Shown here piece by piece: positions 9,671-19,645 of a stretch of DNA of 64,000 nucleotides. Location: NCBI GenBank assembly GCA_002382735.1, contig DFZN01000059.1, positions 1 through 64,000 on the forward strand, given 5' to 3'. Numbering within the stretch: the stretch's first letter is position 1; every line of letters starts with the position of its first letter. Source of the DNA: a bacterium UBP11_UBA4055 (GTDB taxonomy: Bacteria; UBA4055). Position numbers and translations under genes: made by a program. The notes under the pieces were generated by a model that was not told the origin of the DNA, ran no database searches, and saw only the letters and a list, made by a program, of their open reading frames with translations.

Positions 9671-11233
9671 TTAATTCATGTACTTCTTGGTTATATCCTC
9701 TTTTGTCTCAGGAACGAAACATCTGAAATCGTAGAGGCTCAAAGCGTTATTTATGTTGAAATTTATCCTGATCCAGTTCTTTATGAGCATTTCATGCAGC
9801 AGTCTTTTTTCTGTCCTGTTCAAAAAATTATAAAGCTCCTCGTTCATCGAGATATCCACCACCGAGCTCTTTGTGTTGAACTTGTAGTTCTTGAGCCACC
9901 TGTCGAGCTGTACGGCAATACTTTCCTTTGACTTTACGATACCTTTTCCCGCGCAGGTGGGACAGTCCTCGTATATAGTCTGCGTGATGGACGGTTTGAG
10001 CCTCTGCCTCGTCATTTCGACAAGCCCGAACCTGCTGATCTTTTCTATGCTGATCTTTGCCTTATCGGTCTTTAGGAAGTTCTGGAATTCATTCAGCAGT
10101 CTGTCCCTGTGAGCCTGATCCGCCATATCCACGAAATCGATCACTATCAGGCCGCCCAGGTCCCTGAGCCTCAGCTGGCGGGCTACCTCTTTCGCCGCGG
10201 TCAGGTTGAGGTTGAGAATATTCTCTTCCTGGGATTTGTTCCGCATGAACCTCCTGCTGTTCACATCGATCGCCACAAGAGCTTCGGTGTGGTCTATTAC
10301 GATCGAACCGCCCGTTTTGAGGTAAACTTCCCTTGAAAGACTTATGTAATAATCTTTGTTGATATGGTAATATTTGTCGAAAACAGGTTCGCCGCCGTCG
10401 TGAAGGAGAATATTCTTTTCAAGTTCCGGAGCGTTGTTCTTCACATATTCCCTGATCTCCTCATAAAGCTCTTTTGAGTCTATCACCATCCTGGAAACAT
10501 CTTCGGTAAAAATGTCTCTTACAATGCTCGCCGCAAGGTCGTAGTCCTTGTACAGGAGTTTAGGTTTATCGGTCTTCTTATAATCTTTTACGATCTTTTT
10601 CCAGATGTTGAAAGTTGAAATTATGTCGTTCGTGAAAGACGATGATTCCTTGTTCTCCGCAGCCGTCCTTACAATCACGCCGAAATCTTCCGGAATAAGG
10701 TTCTTTACGAGCTTGTTGAGCCTTCTTCTCTCCGAATGATTAGTTATTTTTTTAGATATCTTGACCCCGTGATCGTTGGGTATCAGTACAATATATCTTC
10801 CGGGTATCGTAATGTCGGATGTGACCCTCGGACCTTTTGAGCCTATCGGTTCTTTTATTGCCTGAACAAGCACTTTGTTGCCTTTCTCGAGCCTTCTGTC
10901 CTCTTTTTCCCTTTCAGCCGGCAGGATATCTTCATCCATTGACCTGAATATATACTTCCCAGAAAGAACTTTTTTAGGCATCAGGTCCCTTCTGAACTCG
11001 TCAAGATGTGAAAAGCCGTTCTGTTCCTCGCCCATGTTTATGAAGACCGAATTCATTCCGGGCACCACATTCTCGATATAACCCGCATAAATGTTGCCTA
11101 TCTTCCTTTCGCTGTCGGGCCTCTCAATGAACATCTCGACCAGCCTTTCCTCTTCGACTATGGCGACTCTCGTTTCGTTCGTCGAAACATTGATAAATAT
11201 CTCTTTAAGACCATCTCTCATTAAAATTTCCAT
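9671..11233 (-). CDS. rng: Ribonuclease G/E family endoribonuclease
   Basis: N-terminal S1-like region (GNIYAGYIENVVPGMNSVFINMGEEQNGF). The signature GGLIVIDFVDM. A CPTCAGKG zinc link near the C-terminus. At 520 aa it fits RNase G. Confidence 0.85.
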   Translation of the reverse strand: MEILMRDGLKEIFINVSTNETRVAIVEEERLVEMFIERPDSERKIGNIYAGYIENVVPGMNSVFINMGEEQNGFSHLDEFRRDLMPKKVLSGKYIFRSMDEDILPAEREKEDRRLEKGNKVLVQAIKEPIGSKGPRVTSDITIPGRYIVLIPNDHGVKISKKITNHSERRRLNKLVKNLIPEDFGVIVRTAAENKESSSFTNDIISTFNIWKKIVKDYKKTDKPKLLYKDYDLAASIVRDIFTEDVSRMVIDSKELYEEIREYVKNNAPELEKNILLHDGGEPVFDKYYHINKDYYISLSREVYLKTGGSIVIDHTEALVAIDVNSRRFMRNKSQEENILNLNLTAAKEVARQLRLRDLGGLIVIDFVDMADQAHRDRLLNEFQNFLKTDKAKISIEKISRFGLVEMTRQRLKPSITQTIYEDCPTCAGKGIVKSKESIAVQLDRWLKNYKFNTKSSVVDISMNEELYNFLNRTEKRLLHEMLIKNWIRINFNINNALSLYDFRCFVPETKEDITKKYMN

Positions 11234-11697
11234 TTATTTAAAATATATTCCGCATCGTATTTTCTGTTCGCAGGAAGATCCTGGACGGTGACCTTTACTC
11301 CTCTTTTCATAAGTTCCTCAATCGCTTTAATGTCTTCTTCAAAAAGAAAAACATAGTGAATTATCTCTTTTCTGCCTTCCGAATCATGTATCCCCCCAAT
11401 ATTGAGCCCTGTAAATCCGAATCCCGAATCCAGAAGTCTGAGCGCATCCTGTATTGAACTTAACACGAGAATATAAGATGCTTTTTCTGCTTTGCCAAGA
11501 TAATTTTTTACTTCAGAGACCGGTATCACTGCCCCCTTCACACCGTCAGGTACACCGAGAAGATACAGTTCTGAAGTCCCGGGATCGGAAGCTATCTCGT
11601 CGTTGGCGATAATCATGTACTCTGGATTTATGCGCGTTCCCCAACCGACGGACACCTGACCGTGGATAAGCCTGTCATCTACTCTGATCAGGTTCAT
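11221..11697 (-). CDS. PTS mannose/fructose/sorbose-family EIIB component (orphan)
   Basis: VDDRLIHGQV phospho-histidine motif, and the protein aligns along its whole length with sorbose/mannose IIB. No IIC or IID genes are adjacent. It overlaps the rng start by 13 nt and lies 2 nt from the elbB stop. Confidence 0.8.
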   Translation of the reverse strand: MNLIRVDDRLIHGQVSVGWGTRINPEYMIIANDEIASDPGTSELYLLGVPDGVKGAVIPVSEVKNYLGKAEKASYILVLSSIQDALRLLDSGFGFTGLNIGGIHDSEGRKEIIHYVFLFEEDIKAIEELMKRGVKVTVQDLPANRKYDAEYILNKWKF

Positions 11698-11699
11698 GC

Positions 11700-12362
11700 C
11701 TATATCTTCTCCGAAATGTATTTTACGAGTTTATCGATGCCGGTATAGACCTCATACAAAGACACATTGCCGTTCATGTACGCTGCAGCGGTCACGATGT
11801 TGTTCATCTCGTCCACGCAGATCTCGTCAGACGGCAGTGGGACAGGTACCGCGCCTATAGACTCCAGGTCGGCGGCGGCTTTTGCGGCAAATCCGGGAGT
11901 GACCCTTAATCCCGTCACATCGTCCTTTAACGCCATCGCCACCATTATCGGGGAAATGCAGATCGCGCCTATATATTTGTTCATCTCGTAAAATGACTGT
12001 ATGACCTCTCTGACGGGATCAATCACTATGCCGTCAATACCGTCCGCCGCATAGGTGAAAAGGTTCTTGGCGATGCCGTAACCGCCCGGGATGATCAGCG
12101 CGTCGAAATCGTTCGGGTCGAGCAGAGAAATATCCCTGATCTTACCCCTCGCTATCCTCGCCGCTTCTACGAGCAGATTCCTTTTCCCGTTCGAAGGCTC
12201 TTTTTTCAGATGGTCAATGACATCCTTCTGTTCTGCGTCAACTGAAAAACAGTCATAATCGATATTATATTTCGAAAGAGCAATGAGTGCCGAGACTGAT
12301 TCCTGTATCTCCGATCCGTCCGCCTGACCGCATCCCGCAAGAATGACCGCTGCTGTTTTCAT
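11700..12362 (-). CDS. elbB: ElbB-like DJ-1/PfpI-family glyoxalase
   Basis: AVILAGCGQADGSEIQE, IIPGGYGIAKNL, ICISP and TAAAYM all match E. coli ElbB along the full length. The start was moved to the internal Met at 12362, which has an SD. Confidence 0.85.
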   Translation of the reverse strand: MKTAAVILAGCGQADGSEIQESVSALIALSKYNIDYDCFSVDAEQKDVIDHLKKEPSNGKRNLLVEAARIARGKIRDISLLDPNDFDALIIPGGYGIAKNLFTYAADGIDGIVIDPVREVIQSFYEMNKYIGAICISPIMVAMALKDDVTGLRVTPGFAAKAAADLESIGAVPVPLPSDEICVDEMNNIVTAAAYMNGNVSLYEVYTGIDKLVKYISEKI

Positions 12363-12540
12363 AAGTATCCCCTTTTTTCGATGATAATCATCTTCAGGTA
12401 TAGTATCCGCATTAATATAAGTAATCAATTCCTTAAATACAATAGAACAATAGTATTTTCCCAGATAAAGTTTGTTTGCTTTTTATGAGATTTTATTGTT
12501 ATATTATCCCTCGATCTGGTAGAAGACAAGGTGAGTATCA

Positions 12541-13929
12541 TTGAACATTGAAATCAAACATATATCATCACTTAAAAAACTGATACGCTTTACATCTCCG
12601 AATCAGATGCTGATCTTCTACTACCTGCTTTCAATACTTACGGGCGCGTTCCTGCTTTCAACCAGATTGGCAAGCACTGCCGAACCGCTCAGTTTCATAG
12701 ACAGCCTGTTCACTGCGACTTCCGCTCAGTGCGTTACGGGACTGATCGTGGTTGATACGGGAACGAGATTTACACTTTTCGGACAGGTTGTGATCCTCGC
12801 ACTGATCCAAATCGGCGGACTCGGGATCATGACATTTTCTATTTACCTTTTCGTCTTTCTTAGGAGGAACATCAGTTTCAGAAGCAGAATGATTATTCAG
12901 GACACGCTGATGCACACTCCTGTCAGCGACTGGCAGAATCTGACCGGTAAAGTTATAAAAATGACGATGTTCTTTGAAGGGCTCGGAGCAATTCTGCTGA
13001 GTTTTTATTTCGTGCCGAGATTCGGTTTCTTAAAAGGAGTGTACCATTCTGTATTCCATTCAATATCGGCGTTCTGCAATGCGGGCTTCTCAACTTTTTC
13101 TGACAGCCTTATCAGCTTCAGGGGAAGTGTTTACCTTAATGCTGTTATCATGTTTCTGATTTTCTTTGGCGGCATCGGTTTTCTCGTTATAAACGAAATT
13201 CATGAATATTTTATTTCCAAAAGAAAAAAAATGTTCAGGATCAGTCTTCACACAAAGATAGTTCTTGTTACGACATTCACACTGATTATTACAGGTTTTA
13301 CGATATTTTGGGCACTGGAAGACGGAAATTCTATGGCCTTATTCAGCATTAAAGAAAAATTTCTGTCCAGTATTTTCCAGTCTGTAACTGCAAGAACGGC
13401 AGGATTTAATACCGTGGATATTTCAGGTCTCAGATCTTCTACCAACCTGATGATGATATTCTTAATGTTCATCGGAGGCTCACCGGGATCAGCTGCGGGA
13501 GGTATAAAAACTACCACTCTTGCGATCTTTTTCATTATAATCGGGAACGGTATCAAGGGAAGTGCTAATGCCAATATTTTTAACAGGACTCTCTCAAAAG
13601 AGATAATCATGAAAGCTTTTACTATTACGGCTTTGGCCTTTAGCTTTACTTTTATAGCAGTTTTCTTTCTTCTTATGGCTCAGTCTCCGATACTTGTTCA
13701 GGAAGGGAACAGGGAGTTTCTGAGTTATCTCTTTGAAGCAGTCTCTGCTATAGGCACGGTTGGCCTTTCCATGGGTGTAACATCCAGTCTTACATTTCTT
13801 GGCAAGATCATCATAGTACTGCTTATGTTCACTGGCAGGGTTGGAATACTTACACTGGCGTTTTCAGTAATAAAACGGGAAGAAAAAAATTCAACAAGAT
13901 ATGCTGAAGAAAATATTATGGTAGGATAA
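12541..13929 (+). CDS. ktrB: Trk/Ktr-type potassium uptake membrane subunit (TrkH/KtrB family)
   Basis: Four selectivity-filter-like glycine motifs, including GGSPGSAAGGIKTTT. About 10 TM segments. A TTG start with SD AAGGTGAG. Confidence 0.8.
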   Translation: MNIEIKHISSLKKLIRFTSPNQMLIFYYLLSILTGAFLLSTRLASTAEPLSFIDSLFTATSAQCVTGLIVVDTGTRFTLFGQVVILALIQIGGLGIMTFSIYLFVFLRRNISFRSRMIIQDTLMHTPVSDWQNLTGKVIKMTMFFEGLGAILLSFYFVPRFGFLKGVYHSVFHSISAFCNAGFSTFSDSLISFRGSVYLNAVIMFLIFFGGIGFLVINEIHEYFISKRKKMFRISLHTKIVLVTTFTLIITGFTIFWALEDGNSMALFSIKEKFLSSIFQSVTARTAGFNTVDISGLRSSTNLMMIFLMFIGGSPGSAAGGIKTTTLAIFFIIIGNGIKGSANANIFNRTLSKEIIMKAFTITALAFSFTFIAVFFLLMAQSPILVQEGNREFLSYLFEAVSAIGTVGLSMGVTSSLTFLGKIIIVLLMFTGRVGILTLAFSVIKREEKNSTRYAEENIMVG

Positions 13930-13940
13930 AGGAGTCAACT

Positions 13941-14603
13941 ATGAACAGTTCAAAGAAATTCTGTGTGATAGGCCTTGGAAAATTCGGCCACCACCTGGCT
14001 GTCAACCTTTATGAGAACGGTAACGATGTGATCGCAATCGACTGGGATAAAGATAAAGTACAGAAAATCGCTGATGAATGTACAATACCAATTGTCGGTG
14101 ATGCGAGCGACAAACAGTTTTTGCTTAACAACGGTATTCAGGAAGCCGATGCGGTCTTCGTTTCCGCCGGCGAGAACAGTGATATGACAACTCTTATCAC
14201 ACTTCTCCTCAAAGAAATCGGAGTAAAGAGGATATTTGCAAAAACGAACAGCGAAGAACACAAAAGAATACTGGAAAAAGTCGGAGCTACCGATATAGTA
14301 TTTCCCGAAAAGGATATCGCTGTTAAACTTTCGGTATCGCTGTCACATGAGAACATTGTAGAATATATTCCTCTGACAAAAGAATTCTCAATATCGGAAG
14401 TTGTAGCCCAGTACAGTATAATCGGTAAAAATCTGATGGAGCTTGACCTGAGAAAGAAATTCCATATCAACATCGTTGCTGTCAAAAATACAGAGAAGGA
14501 AAAATTCAGCATCACAGTTGACCCGAACTACAGGATCAAGAGGAACGATGTGCTTATCGTGGTAGGTAAAAATGAGGATATCGAGAAGTTATCGTCAATC
14601 TAA
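13941..14603 (+). CDS. ktrA: Ktr/Trk system NAD-binding regulatory subunit
   Basis: A Rossmann-fold VIGLGKFG motif in the TrkA-N region plus a TrkA-C domain. SD AAGGAG. Confidence 0.85.
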   Translation: MNSSKKFCVIGLGKFGHHLAVNLYENGNDVIAIDWDKDKVQKIADECTIPIVGDASDKQFLLNNGIQEADAVFVSAGENSDMTTLITLLLKEIGVKRIFAKTNSEEHKRILEKVGATDIVFPEKDIAVKLSVSLSHENIVEYIPLTKEFSISEVVAQYSIIGKNLMELDLRKKFHINIVAVKNTEKEKFSITVDPNYRIKRNDVLIVVGKNEDIEKLSSI

Positions 14604-14633
14604 CCGAGAAAATTAATTTCACCGGGATAGTTT

Positions 14634-15959
14634 ATGGAATCATATAAGAATAATATCAATACCTATAATTACTTCTTACAACCTATCCAGCTTCTGCTGC
14701 TGGGTTATCTGCTGGTAGTTCTTTTCGGAACACTTTTTCTTGCATTACCTATCTGCCAAATTAACGATATCAGTTTCCTTGACAATCTTTTTACTTCCAC
14801 TTCCGCAGTATCGACAACAGGACTCGTTACAAAGAGCGTTGCTGATGACTACACCTTTATCGGCAGGCTGGCAATAATAATTATGATCCAGATCGGTGGA
14901 ATCGGATATATGTCTATTGCGTCTTTTGTAGTACTTGGACAGGGCAAAAAACTGAACAGTTCCAAAGAGGAGCTGCTAAGAAACGATTTCAGTCTCCCTA
15001 ATGATTTTAGTATCGAGTCATTTATAAAAAATGTTGTCATATTCTCACTTATAATTGAGACCGCCGGTGCAATGGCATTGTTGCCCTCTTTTAGTCATCT
15101 CGGATTCTGGAACGGGCTGTGGCACTCTTTTTTCCATTCAGTTTCAGCTTTCTGTACCGCAGGATTCGGTCTTTTCAACAACAGTTTTGAAAATTTCAGA
15201 GACGATTTTTCCCTAAACCTTGTTATATCAATATTGAGTTATCTTGGCGCAATAGGTTTTATTGTTTTTACAGATATCTGGGATTTTTTTAGAAGAAAAA
15301 AAGACAGAATAACCTATACTACGGAAATAATACTCAAATTCACATTCTTTCTGAGTATATTCGGAACTGTTTTAATATTTCTGACAGAGCCTTCAGTTGT
15401 TGGACTCCCCGCAGAAAAAAGACTTCTCTCATCATTTTTCCAGTCAATGACCGCAATGACCACTGTGGGATTTAATACTATTCCGGTAGGTTCACTTTCT
15501 TCGAGCGCAATATTTCTGGTAATCCTATTAATGATCGTCGGAGCTTCACCATCGGGTACAGGCGGAGGTATAAAAAGCACTACGGTTACAGCAGTTTACG
15601 CACAAATGTCAAGCGTATTAAAAGGCGGAACCAAAGTCATTTTCAACGGCAGGATCATCCCTAATCACAGACTGGTTACAGCCTCGGCGAACTTCACATT
15701 CTACATAATTTTTCTCTGCGGGGGTATCTACATTCTTCTGCTGACCGAGCAAATGCCTTTTTATCGTGTGTTTTTTGAAGCAGCGTCTGCTTTAGGAACT
15801 GTAGGATTGAGTACTGGAATAACAGGTATCCTCTCTCCTCTCGGAAAAATTACTGTCATATTCTTAATGTTCGCAGGCCGTGTCGGTCCCCTTTCTGTCG
15901 GTACGGCTCTATTTTCGGCAAAAATCAAAGAGGTTGAAGAAGATGATCTCGCGATCTAA
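14634..15959 (+). CDS. Second TrkH/KtrB-family potassium transporter subunit (paralog)
   Basis: GGIGYMS and GASPSGTGGGIKSTT pore motifs. Roughly 30-35% identical to the upstream ktrB by eye. Confidence 0.8.
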   Translation: MESYKNNINTYNYFLQPIQLLLLGYLLVVLFGTLFLALPICQINDISFLDNLFTSTSAVSTTGLVTKSVADDYTFIGRLAIIIMIQIGGIGYMSIASFVVLGQGKKLNSSKEELLRNDFSLPNDFSIESFIKNVVIFSLIIETAGAMALLPSFSHLGFWNGLWHSFFHSVSAFCTAGFGLFNNSFENFRDDFSLNLVISILSYLGAIGFIVFTDIWDFFRRKKDRITYTTEIILKFTFFLSIFGTVLIFLTEPSVVGLPAEKRLLSSFFQSMTAMTTVGFNTIPVGSLSSSAIFLVILLMIVGASPSGTGGGIKSTTVTAVYAQMSSVLKGGTKVIFNGRIIPNHRLVTASANFTFYIIFLCGGIYILLLTEQMPFYRVFFEAASALGTVGLSTGITGILSPLGKITVIFLMFAGRVGPLSVGTALFSAKIKEVEEDDLAI

Positions 15960-18184
15960 CTGAGCTCTTTTTTTATATTATTCATTATTGATCTTATTCT
16001 TTTGCCGTGAGCCAAGGCTCTATGTCCTTTTATTATCAGTCCGTTACAGCTTATACCGTCAATAATGGCATCAGTGATCGAGCCTGTAAAAAAATTCTTT
16101 ATACCCCATTCTCCGCTTGCTCCGAGAATTACAAGGTCGTAATCTTTTGATTCTTTGATCACTGCTGACACTATCGATCTGCTCTTTGATATTTTTGCCT
16201 GCCCGTTAATGCTGAGCTCTTCCATACCGCTCTCAAGCACAGCCTGCATTTCATTGACCTCGTCTTCAGTAGCGTCAGTATCGGCTATTCTTAAAAATGT
16301 TACTTCAACTTGAGTGTCTGCCGTGATACGCTTTATGATTTCGATCGTTAGCTGCGAATGATATCCTCCGCCGTAAGGGTAAAGTATCCGCTTTATTTCT
16401 GATTCATGCCTCAATTTTAATATCGCAACATTTTTCGGAATTATCTCAAGTGCTTTGTAGGCTATACCGCCGAGCATTTTCTTTGAAAGCTGGGACCTGT
16501 TCCAGCCGAGAATAACAAGATCGGCGTCAACTTCATCCGCGGCAGTTTTTATGGCATGAGCAATATCTCTTGACACAACGGCGATCGGTTCCACGAGACA
16601 TTCACAGTATTTATTATACTTTTTTATTTCATCAATTACTTCTTCGTATTTAGTCATTTCCGATTTCGACTGGGCATACTGCGTGTTCAAAGGAATTATA
16701 TCAGGCAGGTTCACCACATGGAGAGGTATCAGTTTACCTTTCTTCGAAACGGCGATCTTTCCACCCAGCTCCAGCAGGAATTTTGTTGTTGACGGACGGG
16801 CTATGGGAACAAGGACATTATATGTTTCTTCATTTTCTTCTGACTTCTCTCTGAACTGAAAATCCGGAATTATCTGTGTCGTCATTCCCTGTGGAGCTTT
16901 TTTCAAGACCGGCAGCACGAACAAATAATAAGCGATTCCGCAAACAATAAAGATCAGAGCAGCTATGAGAGCGGATAAATTAGTCCTTAAAAGGAGACCG
17001 ACGAGGAAAATATTTATTATTATTCCAAGAATAGGCGTTACCGGATAGAATGGTGCTCTGAATGCCCGTTTTTTATCAGGCATTTTTTTTCTGAATATTA
17101 TCAGTGCTACATTGACCAGACTGTATCCGGTTAGAGCAAAGATGCTTGTTACGGTGGAAATGTTCTCGAGATTTTTTAAGGCTGCCGATACTGTCACTAT
17201 CCCTGCTACCGAAAGTATTGAAAATACAGGAGTCTTTGTTTTTTTGTTAATATTCTTGAATACCGAAGGAAGTTTTCTGTCTCTCGCCATCGCGAAAGAT
17301 GTTCTCGAACCGGCCATCATCGCAGTATTGATAGACGATACCGTTGCAAGTATTCCCGCCGCGGCAAAAATATATCCGCCGGCTCTTCCCGCCATTTTAA
17401 TTGAAGTGTCGATAAGCGGAATATTTGTAACAGCAGGTACCAGTTCCTGCCAGTTCATAACTGAAGCCCCGATAAAAAATACGGCTGTCTTTATGACTAT
17501 AACCAGTATCAGGGAAAACATTATTGCCCGGGGAATAGTTTTTTCAGGATCGATCACTTCTTCACTCGCTGTTGTTATAAGCCCGTAGCCGATATAAGTC
17601 ATATACAAAAAGCCCATCGCGCCAAGCATTCCTGACATTTCGTGCGTAAAGAAAGGCCTCTGATTTGAAAGATCCGAATGAAAAATGCCAATGATAATAT
17701 ATGCGGTGAGGATAAGAAGAAGTACCGTCGTGATGATGTTCTGAAGATTGCCCGAATGCTTCATCCCCCTGATGTTCGTGTAAGTAATATATACTATCAA
17801 CCCATAAGCTCCAATTGTCTGAGGGATGAATGGTATTATATAATTCAGGAATGTTCCGAAACCAAGAGCGAAAAGTCCGCATGACATCGAATAGCCGATC
17901 CAGAAACCCCATCCTGTCACGAAAGCGAGGATTCCGCCTCCCGTGGCCTCTCTCACATAAGCATAACCTCCACCGGCAGTAGGAATGATCGTAACAAGTT
18001 CGGCGAACGAAAAAGCAGTTAGCATAGCAGCGATACCTGCCAGAAAAATGCCAAGCGAAGAGCTCGGACCGGCCGCTTCAAAACTCGTCCCCGCAAGAAC
18101 AAATATGGCTGACCCGATCATTGTTCCGGCACTAATATTCACTGCCGAGAAAAAACCCAGTGTCCTGTCGAGTTTCTGCCTCAA
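15956..18184 (-). CDS. APC-superfamily amino-acid/cation permease fused to two C-terminal UspA (universal stress protein) domains
   Basis: The N-terminal roughly 440 aa form about 12 TM segments with APC-like GTMIGSAIFVLAG. The C-terminal half has two Usp folds (DLVILGWNRS... and DLVILGASGEWGIKNFFTGSITD). Its stop codon overlaps the ktrB' stop convergently. Confidence 0.7.
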   Translation of the reverse strand: MRQKLDRTLGFFSAVNISAGTMIGSAIFVLAGTSFEAAGPSSSLGIFLAGIAAMLTAFSFAELVTIIPTAGGGYAYVREATGGGILAFVTGWGFWIGYSMSCGLFALGFGTFLNYIIPFIPQTIGAYGLIVYITYTNIRGMKHSGNLQNIITTVLLLILTAYIIIGIFHSDLSNQRPFFTHEMSGMLGAMGFLYMTYIGYGLITTASEEVIDPEKTIPRAIMFSLILVIVIKTAVFFIGASVMNWQELVPAVTNIPLIDTSIKMAGRAGGYIFAAAGILATVSSINTAMMAGSRTSFAMARDRKLPSVFKNINKKTKTPVFSILSVAGIVTVSAALKNLENISTVTSIFALTGYSLVNVALIIFRKKMPDKKRAFRAPFYPVTPILGIIINIFLVGLLLRTNLSALIAALIFIVCGIAYYLFVLPVLKKAPQGMTTQIIPDFQFREKSEENEETYNVLVPIARPSTTKFLLELGGKIAVSKKGKLIPLHVVNLPDIIPLNTQYAQSKSEMTKYEEVIDEIKKYNKYCECLVEPIAVVSRDIAHAIKTAADEVDADLVILGWNRSQLSKKMLGGIAYKALEIIPKNVAILKLRHESEIKRILYPYGGGYHSQLTIEIIKRITADTQVEVTFLRIADTDATEDEVNEMQAVLESGMEELSINGQAKISKSRSIVSAVIKESKDYDLVILGASGEWGIKNFFTGSITDAIIDGISCNGLIIKGHRALAHGKRIRSIMNNIKKELS

Positions 18185-18214
18185 TTATATATCCTGAATT
18201 TCATAAATTAAATC

Positions 18215-19546
18215 TCAATATTTCTTTTTACCCTTCCATTTTATAGCCAGCCTGTCCTTTATCTGCTTCTCGAGACCCTCCTCCGTGGGAAAATAAAACT
18301 GTCTGCCTTTGAGTGACTCCGGAAGATAGTCCTCAGCTACGAAATGCCCCTCAAAATCGTGCGGATATTTATATTCTTTTCCGAATCCGAACTCCTTCAT
18401 CATCTTTGTTGGCGCGTTACGGAGATGGAGAGGGACTTCGGCCGTATCGCCGTCTTTTTCCACTGCCTCGAAGGCTTTGTTCAGTGCCATGTACGAGGCG
18501 TTGGACTTAGGCTGAGAGGCGAGATAGGTGGTAGCCTGAGCGAGGATGATCCTGGCTTCAGGCATGCCGATAACATGGACGGCATCGAAGCAGGCCTGCG
18601 CAATGACGAGCCCGTTGGGCGAGGCGTTGCCGACATCTTCGGATGCGAAGACGATGAGGCGGCGAGCTATGAATTCCGGCTTCTCGCCGGCGTCGAGCAT
18701 CCGCGCGAGGTAATACACGGCGGCGTCGGGGTCGGAGCCCCTGAGGCTCTTGATGAAAGCGCTGATTATGTCGTAATGGTAGTCGCCCGATTTGTCATAT
18801 TTCTTTCTGCTGTCAGACAGCGCTTTCTTCAGCTCGGCCTGTCCGATCAGAACATCCTTTTCCTGTCCGGACAGTTCGACCGCAAGCTCAAGCGTGTTGA
18901 GCATCTTGCGGGCGTCCCCGCCGCCGGACTCGACGAGAATCTTTCTTGCGTCATCCGCGATGACGACTCCTGCGGCTGATAGTATTGGGTCTGAATTGAG
19001 CGCTTTGTCGAGAATTTTATCCAGCGCTTCCTCGCTGAGAAGATTGAGCTTGAGAACCTTGCTTCTCGACAGGAGCGCTGAATTCACCTCGAACGACGGG
19101 TTCTCCGTCGTCGCGCCTATCAGCCGGATTATCCCCTTCTCGACCGAGTCGAGAAGCGCGTCCTGCTGACCTTTGTTGTACCTGTGGATCTCATCGATGA
19201 ACAGCACAGACCCGTGACCTTTGCGGGCAGCCGCGGCCGACTTCGCTATGATCTCGCGGAGATCCTTCACTCCCGAACTAACCGCGCTTATCTGGTAGAA
19301 CGCAGAACCCGTCTCGGCCGCTATTATCTTAGCGAGAGTCGTTTTTCCGCTGCCCGGAGGACCCCACAGAATAATTGAATAGACTGTTTTATTTTTGATC
19401 ATCCCGTCAATTATTCTGCCTTCGCCCGTCAGGTGCTCCTGCCCGACCACATCCGAGATGTGCTTTGCCCTGATCCGCTCTGCGAGCGGCACGAGTTCCG
19501 GCGCTATGTCTTTCTTATTTTCTGTATTCTCGAAAAGTTCATCCAT
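18215..19546 (-). CDS. rarA: Replication-associated recombination protein A (AAA+ ATPase RarA/MgsA)
   Basis: ILWGPPGSGKTTLA Walker A, LFIDEIHRYNKGQQDALL, and a conserved C-terminal MgsA region. Confidence 0.9.
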   Translation of the reverse strand: MDELFENTENKKDIAPELVPLAERIRAKHISDVVGQEHLTGEGRIIDGMIKNKTVYSIILWGPPGSGKTTLAKIIAAETGSAFYQISAVSSGVKDLREIIAKSAAAARKGHGSVLFIDEIHRYNKGQQDALLDSVEKGIIRLIGATTENPSFEVNSALLSRSKVLKLNLLSEEALDKILDKALNSDPILSAAGVVIADDARKILVESGGGDARKMLNTLELAVELSGQEKDVLIGQAELKKALSDSRKKYDKSGDYHYDIISAFIKSLRGSDPDAAVYYLARMLDAGEKPEFIARRLIVFASEDVGNASPNGLVIAQACFDAVHVIGMPEARIILAQATTYLASQPKSNASYMALNKAFEAVEKDGDTAEVPLHLRNAPTKMMKEFGFGKEYKYPHDFEGHFVAEDYLPESLKGRQFYFPTEEGLEKQIKDRLAIKWKGKKKY

Positions 19547-19604
19547 CTGATCACTACCGCATTTTTGAAGGAAAATAAGCTATTTGCGCCGTTTTTTCAA
19601 CTAA

Positions 19605-19645
19605 ATAAAAAGGGCTGACAGATTATTTTCCGTCCAGCCCTTTTC
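19605..19645 (-). terminator. Terminator-like hairpin about 190 nt downstream of the groEL stop
   Basis: GGGCUGGAC...GUCAGCCC stem followed by UUUUUAUUUAGUU on the minus strand. Confidence 0.4.

Noticed and set aside
12429-12540. ydaO-type c-di-AMP riboswitch upstream of ktrB
   Set aside because: The intergenic region is only about 110 nt and lacks the conserved ydaO helices and sequence boxes. It more likely holds divergent promoters.
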